From positions 124,001-188,000 of the forward strand of contig NW_025767547.1 of NCBI RefSeq assembly GCF_003918875.1: a stretch of 64,000 bases of DNA, written 5' to 3'. Numbering within the stretch: position 1 is the stretch's first letter; each line of letters opens with the position of its first letter. The position numbers were made by a program, and so were the translations under genes. The stretch is from Haliotis rubra. Lineage: Eukaryota. Of the stretch, positions 1 through 12,419 are shown piece by piece. The notes under the pieces were generated by a model. That model saw nothing but the letters and a program-made list of their open reading frames with translations, was not told the origin of the DNA and ran no database searches.

Positions 1-300
1 TCTGAGTCGAATATTATGGTGAATATGGTAATGGCTAGTGTCAGTCATGCCGTATACGTATATGCACTTGATGTCATGGTCTGATGAATATGCAGATGCG
101 GTCACTTAGCAATCACTTCTTTCACGCTAAATACATTACTGCAATGTGTTTGCTCATGTGTGGACAAATTATGCCTGCAGTTGTTTGTTTTGGGGTGTTT
201 CTGTTGCAAATAAACCTGTCAGTTTGCTCAAACACAATATTCATCGCAGTTGTTTAATCCATGAAAGAAATTAAAGAAATTCTTCCTGTGTGGAGGGAAA

Positions 301-587
301 ACACTACATCGTGGTACCTGTAACACTTCATCGTGGTACCTGTAACACTACATCGTGGTACCTGTAACACTACATCGCGGTACCTGTAACACTACATGGC
401 GACACCTGTAACACTACATCGCGGCACCTGTAACACTACATCGTGGCACCTGTAACACTACATCGTGGCACCTGTAACACTACATCGTGGCACCTGTAAC
501 ACTACATCGTGGCACCTGTAACACTACATCGTGGCACCTGTAACACTACATCGTAGCACCTGTAACACTACATCGTGGTACCTGTAA
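301..587. repeat. 22-bp minisatellite (ACACTACATCGTGGCACCTGTA), about 13 copies, intronic
   Basis: Visible tandem array ending about 20 nt before the acceptor at 606. Confidence 0.95.
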
Positions 588-606
588 TATTTTTGTCCTG
601 TTTCAG

Positions 607-3600
607 GGCTAACGATCACGTAGATGAAAGTCTTACGCTAGTGTATGCAGCATGTTCTATTCCCACGTGGTTGGTGACCCTCATATCCAAAGCTCTTCAA
701 CCTCTGGTGAGTAACCTTAGCACATTTGGGACGATATTTCTCTGTGGCCGATATCAAAGTTGTGTTCCAAATTTGGGATATCACTTTCTTGTTCTCAAGT
801 GGAGATATCACAGTTGTTTTCCTCAGTGGGGGATATCACGGAGTAGTATATCATAGTAGAATTTCTAAGTTCATGGTACTACAAAGTAGTATTTCCAAGT
901 GGTGGATATTATATGTGTTTTCTGGGTGGAGAATATTACAGAGTAGATCTAGTATTCCTAAATGAGGGATATTACAATGTATTTTCTCTAAGTGGGAAAT
1001 ATTACAAAGTATTATTTCTACATGGATGATATTACAGACTAACATGTGCAAATGGGTGATATCATCCAGTCTTATCCATGGGCAATCCATACCACCATAT
1101 TTAATGACAGATGTTGTCCTTTCAGGACCCTGTTTTGGCGAAATCCTTCCAGAAGTTTACAGGAGTGAAGTAGGTTACCTGTTCGTTGTTCTTGGTGGAC
1201 TTTTATGACAATGAGTTGAACATTTATGTAAATGAGAATTGTATGAAATAACTGGAACAGAATAAATACTTTTGTAAATATTTTTCAGGTCAGTGTATGA
1301 CTGGTACAAGGTAGCAGTCAGAATCCAGGTCAGTGATGAGTTGGATGGCATGGATTGTTGTCAGATGGGATTGAGTTGGGTGGCATGGATTGTTGTCAGA
1401 TGGAATCGAGTTGGGTGGCATGGATTGTTGCTAGATGGGATTGAGTTGGGTGGCATGGATTGTTGTCAGATGGGATGGAGTTGGGTGGCATGGATTGTTG
1501 TCAGATGGGACTGAGTTTGGTGGCATGGATTGTTGTCAGATGGGGACTGAGTTGGGTGGCATGGATTGTTGTCAGATGGGGACTGAATTGGGTGGCATGG
1601 ACTGTATTCAGAAGGGATGGAGTTGGGTGGCATGGATTGTTGTCAGATGGGGACTGAGTTGGGTGGCATGGATTGTTGTCAGATGGGACTGAGTTGGGTG
1701 GCATGGATTGTTGTCAGATGGGGATTGAGTTGGATGGCATGGATGGATGTCGAATGGGGACTGAGTTGATGGCATGGATGGATGTCAGATGGGGACTGAG
1801 TTGGGTTGCATGGATTGTTGTCAGATTGGATTGAGTTGGATGGCATGGATTGTTGTCAGATGAGATTGAGTTGGATGACATGGATTGATGTCAGATGGGA
1901 TTGAGTTGGTGGCATGGATTGTTGTCAGATGGGATTGAGTTGGATGACATGGATTGATGTCAGATGGGATTGAGTTGGTGGCAAGGATTGTTGTCAGATG
2001 GGATTGAGTTGGATGGCATGGATTGTTGTCAGATGAGATTGAGTTGGTGGCAAGGATTGGATGGCATGGATTGTTGTCAGATGGGATTGAGTTGGGATGA
2101 TTGTTGCATGGGGAGTTTGATGTGTTGTCAGATGGGGATTGAGTTGGGTGGCATGGATTGATATCAGATGGGGATCGAAAGTTGGTGGGATGGATTGATG
2201 TCAGATGGGATTGAGTCGGTGGGATGGATTGTTGTCAGATGGGAGTTTGATTGGTTGTCAGATGGGATTGAGTTGGTTGGATGGATTGATGTCAGATTGG
2301 GATTGAGTTGGGTGACATGGATTGATGTCAGATTGGGATTGAGTTGGATGACATGGATTGATGTCAGAAGGGGATTGAGTTGGTGGCATGGATTGTTGTC
2401 AGATGGGATTGAGTTTGGTGGCATTGATTGTTGTCAGATGGGGATTGAGTTGGGTGGCATGGATTGATATCAGATGGGGATCGAGTTGGTGGGATGGATT
2501 GTTGTCAGATTGGATTGAGTTGGGTGGCATGGATTGTTGTAAGATGGGATTGAGTTGGTGGGATGGATTGTTGTCAGATTCGATTACAGAGGCCCAGATA
2601 AGCTGCGTATCCGGGTAAAATACGCTTAGAAAATTTCCAATTACGCATTGAAAAGTAATTGTTAAAATTACCAATTCACGCATTGAAAAATGTTAGATAA
2701 TGTTAAAAAGTTTAAAACAAATAAATGCACGGAATATATTTATAAAAATCGCTAGCATAATGAAAAGCCATGGATTGCTATCAAGTTGTACTGTAAGTAG
2801 AGGACTAGTGTTGCACTGTCAGTACAGGATGGATGCAATAATTTCCCTTATATTTAAGTTGGTTTTGATTAGGTATGACATGAGGCAGAACATACCTGCT
2901 TAGTAAACTTACACAATGACATAATACTTAGGTGAGTAAAATGACTGAAATACGCACATATTTGAAAGCAGTGGGTAACAGAAAATGAAATACCCACTCG
3001 ACATTCATAATACCCACTCCAAAAAAATGCATTGGGTACAGTACCCACATGAGCTAAATCTTATCTGGAGCTCTGGGATTAAGTTGGGTGGCATGGATTG
3101 TTGTCAGATGGGATGGATTTGGTTGGCATGGATTGATGTCAGATGGGATTGAGTTGGTGGGATGGATTGTTGTCAGATTGGATTGAGTTGGGTGGCATGG
3201 ATTGTTGTCAGATGGGATTGATTTGGTTGGCATGGATTGATGTCAGATGGGATTGAGTTGGTGGGATGGATTGTTGTCAGATTGGATTGAGTTGGGTGGC
3301 ATGGATTGTTGTCAGATGGGATTGAGTTGGGTGGCATGGATTGTTGTCAGATAGGGTTGAGTTGGATTGCATGGATGGATGTCAGTTGGGGATAGAGTTG
3401 GATGGCATGGATGGATGTCATATTGGATTGAGTTGGGTAGCATGGATTGATGTCAGATGGGGATTGAATTGGTGGGATGGATTGATGTCTGATGATAATT
3501 AATGGAACAGAGGTCGAGGCTGAACACTGATAGAGACAAGAATGACTTTGGATGAACTTGGTCTGCAGCTCAGCAGATGAGAACAAGATGTATGGTCTAA

Positions 3601-5831
3601 GGGTCAATTCAAGGTCGTGACTGATGGGGGGATAGGGGAACTGAGTTCAACCAGGGATGTACATAGGGAGGGTTTGTGGGGTAATGGATTTGGACAGAAT
3701 GATGTGTAGATGGTGGACAGGGTGAAAGTTTGCACTGTATTTAGACTGATTGTGGCAAGAGGAGTTGAGGGAGTGGGTGAAGGCAGTGGGGACAGAAGGA
3801 ACACCCTGATGGATCTGTCTCCAACTGAGGTAGCTGACTGCTGTGCTACACATGATCTGGCACTATAGTTTACCTAGTTGCATTTCTTATCTTAAATCAT
3901 GGATTAATTTCTTTGTTACTTTGGTTACAGAACTACAGAAAGGAGTTTCTGGAGCACTGGCGCAGACAGGACTTGGATGCCGTCATCTGCCCTGTATATC
4001 CATGTCCAGCTGTGGTTCTCAGTAGTGCAGGGAAACTGACGGGTGAGTCAAGTCATCTGTCCAGTTGATTCAGATAGAGCTACATTTCTTAGAAGTGAAG
4101 GGAAAATGACGAGGTTGGCCAAGTTATCAAACAAGGATACCTAATCTAAATCATGTGTTAAACATGTGTCTCCAATCTTAATTAATTTTTGTATGTGTGT
4201 TTGTGTGTGTGACATGTCGAGGTTTTATTTGTAATGTGTTGTTTGAAGCCGGTGGTTCCTACTGCGCCCTCTACAATGTGTTGAGATACTCTGCTGGATC
4301 CATTCCTGTTACAACGGTGACCGAAGCAGACGTACAGGAAGTGGCAGATCCAAAGGTGTACCCAGCTACTACGCTGCTGGAAAAGCTTGTCAAACGGGTG
4401 AGTCTTCATCTCTCACCATAAGTCTTCATCTCTCACAATAAGTCTTCATCTCTCACAATAAGTCTTCATCTCTCACAATTAGTCTTCATCTCTCACAATT
4501 AGTCTTCATCTCTCACAATAAGTCTTCATCTCTCACAATAAGTCTTCATCATCTCTCACAATAAGTCTTCATCTCTCACAGTTAGTCTTCATCTCTCACA
4601 ATAAGTCTTCATCTCTCACAATAAGTCTTCATCAATAAGTCTTCATCTCTCACAATAAGTCTTCATCTCTCACAATAAGTCTTCTGCATCTGTAGGAGGA
4701 ACTTAATCACTGTGTTCAAGTGTGACTGCAGTGTCTTTTCTTACAGGATTATATATTAATTCCGGCTTGTGAGCCTGTCAAAACTTCATGGGTTTGTGGT
4801 AATGGTGGCCCGATTAATTGAAATAATCGAAGATTGGTCGTAGTGACTAAACGACCAAACAATCGATCATAATTTCTCATAATCGAACACAAACAATTCT
4901 GGAACACTTGTTTTCATTAACAATATTTTTCACATGGTTGGTTTTGTCTGTTACATTTCGTAAGCACTACAATCTCGTTTCAAGACATGATTGAATTTAT
5001 CTTAAAAATTCTAAGAAATTTATGTTCCTAACATACTAGTCATCCTTTAAAGATGTGAAATTTTGCCCAAAAAAACCCAAAGAACTACATGTTTTTTCCC
5101 CTTATTTTTATGTGCATTAACAAATTTCATAAATGACATTAACCAATTATTTTCTATGATTGATTGGTGGTAATGAACCAATCATCAATTATGAGATTTG
5201 AACCAATTCCCAACACTAGTTTGTGGACACTCCATCACCAGTAAATATGTTTCTCTTACAGATCCCACAGCATATGTTAATAAAGTATACCCCCCTAGCC
5301 CATTCTCACACCCATTGTCAGCTATTGTAGGAGCCAAAAGGTTAACCATGGACAGTATTCACTAGCAGATTACTAGAATACACAATGCCATTTAGAAAGT
5401 GGTGAAATGTAACATATGTTATATTTGGGATTACAAGTACAGATTCTTGAACATTTATTAGGTTAAGTCCGATCCGGGATTTGAACCCTCACAAATCAGG
5501 CATCTAATTGCACATGCACAAAGTCCGAGATCTGAACCTCTCAGCTTCCACAAAACTGAAGTCAGACAACTTATAGTCAAGATCACAAACTTTGTGTACC
5601 CTTCTGACTGTATTTACTGAGAGGATTACTAATCCATTTATACTTTTGTAAAGCACTATGACTGCTGTACACATTCCTGTACATTTCACACTATGGAATA
5701 TGCTCTTCCGGTTGCAGGGTTCAAAGGGCAGCGAAGGTTTGCCCGTGAGTGTGCAGTGTGTGTGTCTGCCGTACCATGAGGAGCAGGTGCTGAGGGTGAT
5801 GCACGATGTTGAACGAGGACTCAGAACATAG
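607..5831 (+). CDS. FAAH: FAAH/vitamin D3 hydroxylase-associated protein-like amidase, paralog A, 3' part (5' exons lie upstream of the window)
   Basis: Six GT-AG exons in continuous frame: 607-706, 1126-1169, 1289-1328, 3931-4042, 4249-4397, 5718-5831 (TAG). They encode ...SVYDWYKVAVRIQ/NYRKEFLEHWRRQDLDAVICPVYPCPA.../YCALYNVLRYSAGSIPVTTV.../[29 protein letters not shown], the FAAH C-terminal motifs. Sizes and phases mirror exons 12-17 of paralog B. The symbol denotes the family, not proven orthology. Confidence 0.9.
770..1060. repeat. Degenerate tandem repeat of about 30-40 bp (TTTCTAAGTGGGAGATATTACA-like)
   Basis: Recurring ggatatcac/gatattaca and tttctaagt/ttccaagtg motifs. Confidence 0.55.
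1329..3490. repeat. Minisatellite of about 35 bp (GTCAGATGGGATTGAGTTGGGTGGCATGGATTGTT) starting at a splice donor and interrupted by a MITE
   Basis: About 45 copies. The first unit begins at the GTCAGT donor of exon 1289-1328. Confidence 0.95.
2587..3075. mobile_element. Non-autonomous TIR element (hAT-like MITE) inserted into the minisatellite
   Basis: 16-bp TIRs CAGAGGCCCAGATAAG / CTTATCTGGAGCTCTG. Related ends occur at 27209-27540. Confidence 0.75.
4401..4683. repeat. 20-bp minisatellite (AGTCTTCATCTCTCACAATA), about 14 copies, starting inside the donor GTGAGT
   Basis: Visible array. The first unit overlaps donor positions +4 to +6. Confidence 0.95.
4800..5218 (+). mobile_element. hAT-type MITE, family 1
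   Basis: Ends TAATGGTGG...CCCAACACTA with a perfect 8-bp TSD GTTTGTGG. Homologous to 48658-49141, 53136-53563 and 62100-62490. Confidence 0.9.
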
Positions 5832-5959
5832 TACAGCCCACTACCAGCCTCGACATCAGATATAAGTCACAAGATGACCTGAAGACAAAATCAGTAATGA
5901 GTAACTGATCATTATCTATATGTATGCTGGAATGTTTTGTGAAGTTTAGGGCAGGAGGA

Positions 5960-6440
5960 CCTGGGCCCACTTTCACAAAGCAATCTTAGCCTTCATGTGA
6001 TCGTAACTCCAATACACAAACATAGACTTACGATCATCATAGCGCTAAGTTGGCTTTGTTGATGGGTCTGAGTTGATTGTAACTGCAATACACAAACATA
6101 GACTTACAATCATCATAGCTCTAAGATCGTGATGTGGAAGGGTCTGAGGTGACCTTAACTCCATATACTAACAGACTTACGATCATCATAGCACTTAGAT
6201 CATGTTGTGGAAGGGTCTGAGGAGATCGTAACTCCATACATGAACATAGACTTATGATCGTCATAGCACTAAGATCGTGATGTGGTTGGTTGTGAGAAGA
6301 TCGTAACTCCATACACGAACATAGACTTACAAACATCACAGCACTAAGATCGTGTTGTGAAAGGGTCTGAGGAGATTGTAACTCCATACACTAACAGACT
6401 TCGATCATCATAGTGCTAAGATCACTTTCTGGAAGGGTCC
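5960..6440. repeat. Tandem array (unit about 75 bp) derived from a short palindromic MITE, just downstream of the paralog A stop
   Basis: Repeats of GATCGTAACTCCATAC..AACATAGACTTACGATCATCATAGCACTAAGATCG. Single related copies lie at about 54466-54565 and 60010-60300. Confidence 0.75.
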
Positions 6441-8786
6441 TACTGATGACATGGTGAGTGCCTGAGGGGGGTGGTCCAAGTGCTTGAACCTTATTGAACC
6501 ATGGCCATCACCTAAAACCTTGAAACAGCATTGTATTAATAATCTAATTATAAAAGGTATTCAAATGATTACTGTGAATCATCTTTCTTTGACAGATGTG
6601 TTCTTGGAGTCTTCGCACATGCATCTAACTTTTTGCAACATAGACGATGAAATATCCAGTGGAAAGAATATATAGTAAACTAATGAACTCAAAGGAACCA
6701 CTAATTGTAGTATGTTATAACCATAGTTCATCATCGACATTTCAACTAAAATATACATCAAGTGGTCGGGGCAAAGTATATTCATTGGTCTGGTCTGAGC
6801 ATGTTTACTTTACTGTGCAGCTGATACCAGACCAACCTGAACACTTTTGTCAAGTCATGTCAGTAGTCCTTTCCCATAGCAATTAGCTTGACGTTGCCAG
6901 GAAAATAGTACTTAGAAACATAGGATATGCATGTCATTTGTGTAAAAGAAGAAACAGAAATTTTAGATGCTGCATGGACAAGAAAATATTATTATCCTCT
7001 ATCCCTTTCCACCTTCATGTCAGATATCCGAGAGAACATTTTTTTACCAGGCAAGGGCAGGTTACTCTACCATGTCAGTGGCTAGGTGACGACCTTGGAT
7101 TTGCTTTCTGGACATGACAAAGTGTGTCATTCAATCGTAAAACTTTGAAATTAACATGCAGTGTGTGCATGATTATTGTAAAAAGTACATATAGATTATA
7201 TAAATTTGCTTAGTTATAAAAACATCCAATCTAACACAGTTAGAAATAATGTTTGAATTACCTCCCTTTGTGTCTGGGAATTTTTAGAGTTGTCTCCCTT
7301 GATTGGTTACCGTGGAGTCAGGTCTGGTGATCTGTTGTGATGCATATCATGCTCAAGGGGTTCCGATTATATGCTTGCTCAATTTCTGCCAATATTCTTG
7401 CTACCACAATAACCAGATGACTAGAAACTGAATTGTTCTGGACAAAGACTTAGTAGATGTCTCCAGATTCCTGGCGTTCTACCTTAACTGCGGACAAACA
7501 GAGGTCAAATTGTGATAATTTTATTCTTTTCCAAAAGAAAACAATCAAGAATGTCATGAATACAGAGTTTCAAATAATTGTGTGGACAAATGGAATCAGT
7601 ACAAGAATAAAGGACAGAATGTGAAAATCTGTTCCAGTTTGTTTGCATCCTCACATGGCCAGGGTAGTTTATCTAATGCTGTTATGATAGTGAGTGAGTT
7701 AAGTTTTACACCGCACTCAGCAATATTACAGCTATATGGCGACAGAAGATCAATTCTAACCCGGATCTTTACGAGTATGCTGTTATGATTGGTAGCTTGG
7801 AACATTCAGCCCTTTATCTTCCTCTTGAAAGATATATCACTATCTCAATATGTCGTATCAATAATTAAAAAATTTCTACTGCACTTGATTTTGATATTAA
7901 TAGATGTGTATCTAGTTTCTAAATTTACTTGGAACAAAACTCTGATTATGAATTGAATCTGTTATGATAGAATCGACACATAGAATACTTTGGATAATTA
8001 TGGATATATTGCTCTATATGCATGATACTGATTTGAGATATATCTTCTTCATTCAAACAGACATGATTATGGTTTAAACATATTTATTTCCAAAAGAGGA
8101 ACCGGATTAGTAAACAAGCAGTATGGTGCTTATCTGAATACCGCTCCGGAATACAGATATATTATAGATATAATAATCGTATGGAGAAAAACATGATATT
8201 AACAAACGATAAACAATAGCTTTCTGGAAATGTAACAATCATAAACTGTAACATAGCCGCTTTTAACGTTAGAACCATTAGTTTCGGAAAATACTTAATA
8301 GTAAGTGCAATTTCGTTTTTATATTACAACACAAATCTGCCTGACAGTACAATGAAAGAATGGATAGATTCTAATAATTATGATTATTTACAGACCGCTG
8401 GCGTATACATGTAGCTGGAATATTGCTGACTGCAGCATCAAGCAACAAACAAACAAAAAACTTAATTTGTTAACATAATCTTTACAAATTATCAGCATGA
8501 CTGTTAAAATGTTTGAGTTACATGATTCGCACATTTATGCAAATATGTTACCACATATAGTACTGGTTGTTTTTCATGTTATTTAATGGCTGTTCATAAG
8601 CATGTGATAGTTAACTTTTTTTAAACAGACTTTTCAAATATTAAAACTGTTCATAAACAAAAGTTGTTATTTGTTTTTATTGTGACCTAGTAGGGAGGCA
8701 CTTCTTTAAGCTCACATTATGTAATGAAAACACAATGGATCCAGTTCAGTTCAAAAGTGAGGCACATGGAGCAGTCTCTCAAACCA

Positions 8787-9463
8787 GCTCCTTCCTTTCC
8801 TGGCTTTCACTCACGCTCTCTCCTTCCTTTCCTGGCTTCTTTCCTGGCTCTCACCTCTCCTCCTTCCTTTCCTTCCACTCCTCTCTCCTCCTTCCTCCTT
8901 CCTTTCCTGGCTCCTCGCTCTCTCCTTCCTTTCCTGTCTCTCCTGGCTCTCACTCACGCTGTCTCCTTCCTTTCCTGGCTCTCACTCACTCTCCTTCCTC
9001 CTTCTCTTCCTCCTCTCCTCTCTCACTCACGCTGTCTCCTTCCTTTCCTGGCTCTCACTCACGCTCTCTCCTTCCTTTCCTGTCTCTCACTCACGCTGTC
9101 TCCTTCCTTTCCTGGCTCTCACTCACGCTCTCTCCTTCCTTTCCTGTCTCTCCCTCACGCTCTCTCCTTCCTCTCCTGGCTCTCACTCACACTCTCTCCC
9201 TCCTCACCTGGCTCTCTCACGCTCTCTCCTTCCTCTCCTGGCTCTCTCATGCTCTCTCCTTCCTTTCTTGTCTCTCACGCTTTCTCCCTCCTCTCCTGGC
9301 TCTCACTCACACTCTCTCCTTCCTCTCACTCACGCTCTCTCCTTCCTCTCCTGGCTCTCTCTCATGCTCTCTCCTTCCTTTCTTGTCTCTCACGCTCTCT
9401 CCCTCCTCTCCTGGCTCTCACTCACGCTCTCTCCTTCCTCTCCTGGCTCCTTCCTCTCTCTCT
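8787..9463. repeat. Polypyrimidine minisatellite (about 30 bp, TCCTGGCTCTCACTCACGCTCTCTCCTTCCT)
   Basis: Low-complexity CT-rich tandem array that accounts for the S/L/P-rich ORFs. Confidence 0.9.
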
Positions 9464-9534
9464 TGACATTCTCATGTCTGCATTTTAAGCAGCAGGTCAG
9501 ATAGACCTGGAGATGCAACACACAGCTGTCTTTA

Positions 9535-12419
9535 TTACTCAGCTTCTGAAAACAGTACGTCAATGACTAATGTCATGACGTACATGAAACATTTATCTTT
9601 AAATCTTACAGTCCTCATGATATCGCCCATTTGGGGCATAAACAGATTGGGAATCTGTAGCTTTCCAGTGAGCATATGTCTAAAGCATTCAAGACTGCCT
9701 TGAAGCATGTTCAGTGTGTCCTTTATCCTGCCAGAGTGTGTACCCTGATCCCAACTTTTTATCATACATCAGTGTCCACATCAACATCCTTATCGGGTAC
9801 GTCCCCACGCCCAATTTTCCACAGTCTTGGAACAAATGCTCTTTTGTGTACTTTGCTGCTTTAATCAGTTGCTTCGTGACTCTTGTGTTTGTACTAATAG
9901 CTGTGTCGCCTTTGGCGATCTCCTTAGCCCGCTTGATAATTCTTAGGGTGGGCTTCCAGGATTTCTTGTCTGCGTGTTTGGAGAGCATTTTCTCAGCATA
10001 AGTGAAGCTCATCTTCCATTGTAGTGCTTTGTCCCCGGTACATCAGCTTTAACAAACAAACAATCATTTGATGTTGTAGAAAAACATCAGAAAAACATGG
10101 TAATCAATTAATCAATATACCGGTATGTTGTGTGATATGTGCAGCAGAGGAATTCCATTGCAACAGTTCTGGTCATTCAATTAAAATTGTTGTATCATAC
10201 ATTTGTTTAGATTATGAGCATTAGAAAAAAAGGAATATTAATCTGATAAGTGTGCCGCTCTTCAGGATCCTCACCTTTACAATGCTTCATGACTGTAACA
10301 AATCCTTCAGCCATTATCTCTTTAGGATCAATCTCACTGGGCAAATCAGTGGACAATTTCTTCTGTAGATTGTTGGCAAAGGGATAGACTGGCCACTCGT
10401 CAACATGAATGGCTGCAACGAAGTCGATCTCGATGTTCGGCAGCTCTCGCCTTGTCTTGTAGATGACACGGTAAGAAGGACTTTCAGGATATGTGAGATC
10501 CTCTGTAAGGAAAGGTGATTGTATGGTCACAATGAACCACAAGTAAATGAGCAATATTTCCCATATTTCTCAGGGTTTATTTTCGGAGGGAAGAGATGTA
10601 GGGTGAAGGTGTTTCTTGGTATAGTGCTGAGAAAGAGACAAACATGGTGAATCTCGAAATCAAATAATGGCACAAGGATGCATTTTATTTCCATTACCCA
10701 TTTCTTGTTCTTGTCCTTTACTTTTTATTTTTACGTTTTTTATTTGTATGTGTATCAATGACATCAAGTCTTTGAGCTTGACTATCCAATCTATTTTGAT
10801 AACTCTACAACAAGCATGGTTGCCTGGGAAACAATAGCCTGGAAATTTAGTTTTCTGATGAGAAGCATGACAAAAATATCTGTTTGCTCCAGAAGGGTCT
10901 CCGTCAACAGCAATCGCCACGTTTTATAACTGACAATAGTAAAACAGACGTGCTTAATATGTTAATATATCTTAATATCTTAATAATAAAAAAAACACAC
11001 TCTTAATAATTCTCCGAGAGCTTTGAAATTGATCCATTTTGTCAAAGAAGTATCCTCTGAACTTGTCCATATTGATGAATCCTTCATCACAGAGCATGTG
11101 TATTGGATCCTTTCTGTGGTAATTCACCTCCAGCCTACAGTGGCTAGGTTCACATCCTTCATAGATGGGTGTTATTGAGTCATCTAATCTTGGTATAAGT
11201 TGACAGTCCATCTCATTAGGCCTGGATACCTGTAATGGAATGTAACATCTGCTATAATAACTACAGTTTGCACAGTTTTAGAACATAACAATATTGTTAG
11301 GAAGAATGCAAGTTCACTCTCCTATTTGGGGAATAATTCATTTCTTGCTGACTCACTAGTTCATGCTAATGAGTCCATTAGTTTAACTGGTTACCAAATG
11401 CAACATTATATTGCACATAAGCACTTTCCATTCTTTTGAGGGTGTTATTAATTATGTTGTACAATTTGGTTTGTTGCTTCAATTATATCCTTGTTATTTA
11501 TGTTATTTTCTCAAAATTTGAGGGACTGCTATAATTACTTTCATTAGTTTCTCTCTGGTTCAAATGTATTAATGATTAAAATTCAAAATTTCAAGAATAT
11601 AATAGAAATGAGGAGAAAGTAATGAAAACAATGAAAAAACTCTGAAAGCTTAGGAAAACAATAAGCGAAATATCGAGGTCTTCTAGATAAATATAAAATA
11701 TTTATTTTGCTCCCAAACGCAGGGACAAGTAATGCCAAAAAACGGCATCAACCTATATGCTGTCACTGACGGGATCTTAGCACTAAATAGAAGGTTGGTG
11801 TGTTTGTTGTTTAAGGCAGCACTCCGCAATATTCCAGCTACAGTATATGGCAGCGGTCTGTAAATAATCAACTCTGGACCAGACAATCCAGTGATCAACA
11901 GCATGAGCATCAATCTACGCAATTGGAATACGATGATGTGTCAACCAAGTCAGCGAGCCTGACCACCCGATCCCCTTAGTCCCACGGCACCCATAGATTA
12001 CTTAAGACTAATTCTTCACGTGTCCACAATGCTAGTGAAGAATAATAGAAGAATGCTAATAGAAGAGTGCTAAGGTCCCTTCATTAACAGTATATACCAA
12101 GATGCCAGAGGTTTTGCTTTACAAGCTCCTGTGCTCCCAAACTGCACCCTTAGATGCTTGTCTGAAATACCTTGGTTCCATCATAGTAAGATCCTGCTGA
12201 AAATGTCCTCCACGTCCATGGAGTGACCTCGTCAAGATATGAGATCACATCAGACCTCAGTTCATTGAAATTGTCTGCAATTTCACTGATTTCATCCTGG
12301 TCCAAACTGACTTCCATTCCTAAGAAGTCCCGTAGATCAGTCTTTGGTCTTTCCGGGTGATGAATTATGCCTTTTCGCACCATTTCGTTCACAAAAGTGT
12401 GCATCCTCAGTGTATTCAT
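9535..12419 (-). CDS. Mab-21/cGAS-like receptor (cGLR) nucleotidyltransferase, about 400 aa, with 1-2 apparent frameshifts in the last exon
   Basis: Exons 12419-12171, 11229-11001, 10502-10275, 10046-9535 (GT-AG, compatible phases). Motifs: FSAGSYYDGTK/VSRPNEMD, SPSY...IEIDFVAAI..WP, QWKMSFTYAEKML, LRIIK, TYPIRMLMW, IPNLFMP. Frame breaks fall in homopolymers at 10033-10036 and 9756-9760. Confidence 0.85.
11797..12020 (-). mobile_element. SINE family 2 copy in a cGLR intron
   Basis: Shares GGTGGTCAGGCTCGCTGACTTGGTTGACAC...GATCACTGGATTGTCTGGTCCAG...GCTGGAATATTGC with copies at 30203-30416, 42415-42660, 49462-49592 and 63475-63680. Confidence 0.8.

Noticed and set aside
1435-2683. Many short repetitive ORFs (GGMDCCQMG etc.)
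   Set aside because: Translations of the minisatellite.
8724-9488. 254-aa and 243-aa S/L/P-rich ORFs
   Set aside because: Artefacts of a pyrimidine-rich repeat that lacks stop codons.
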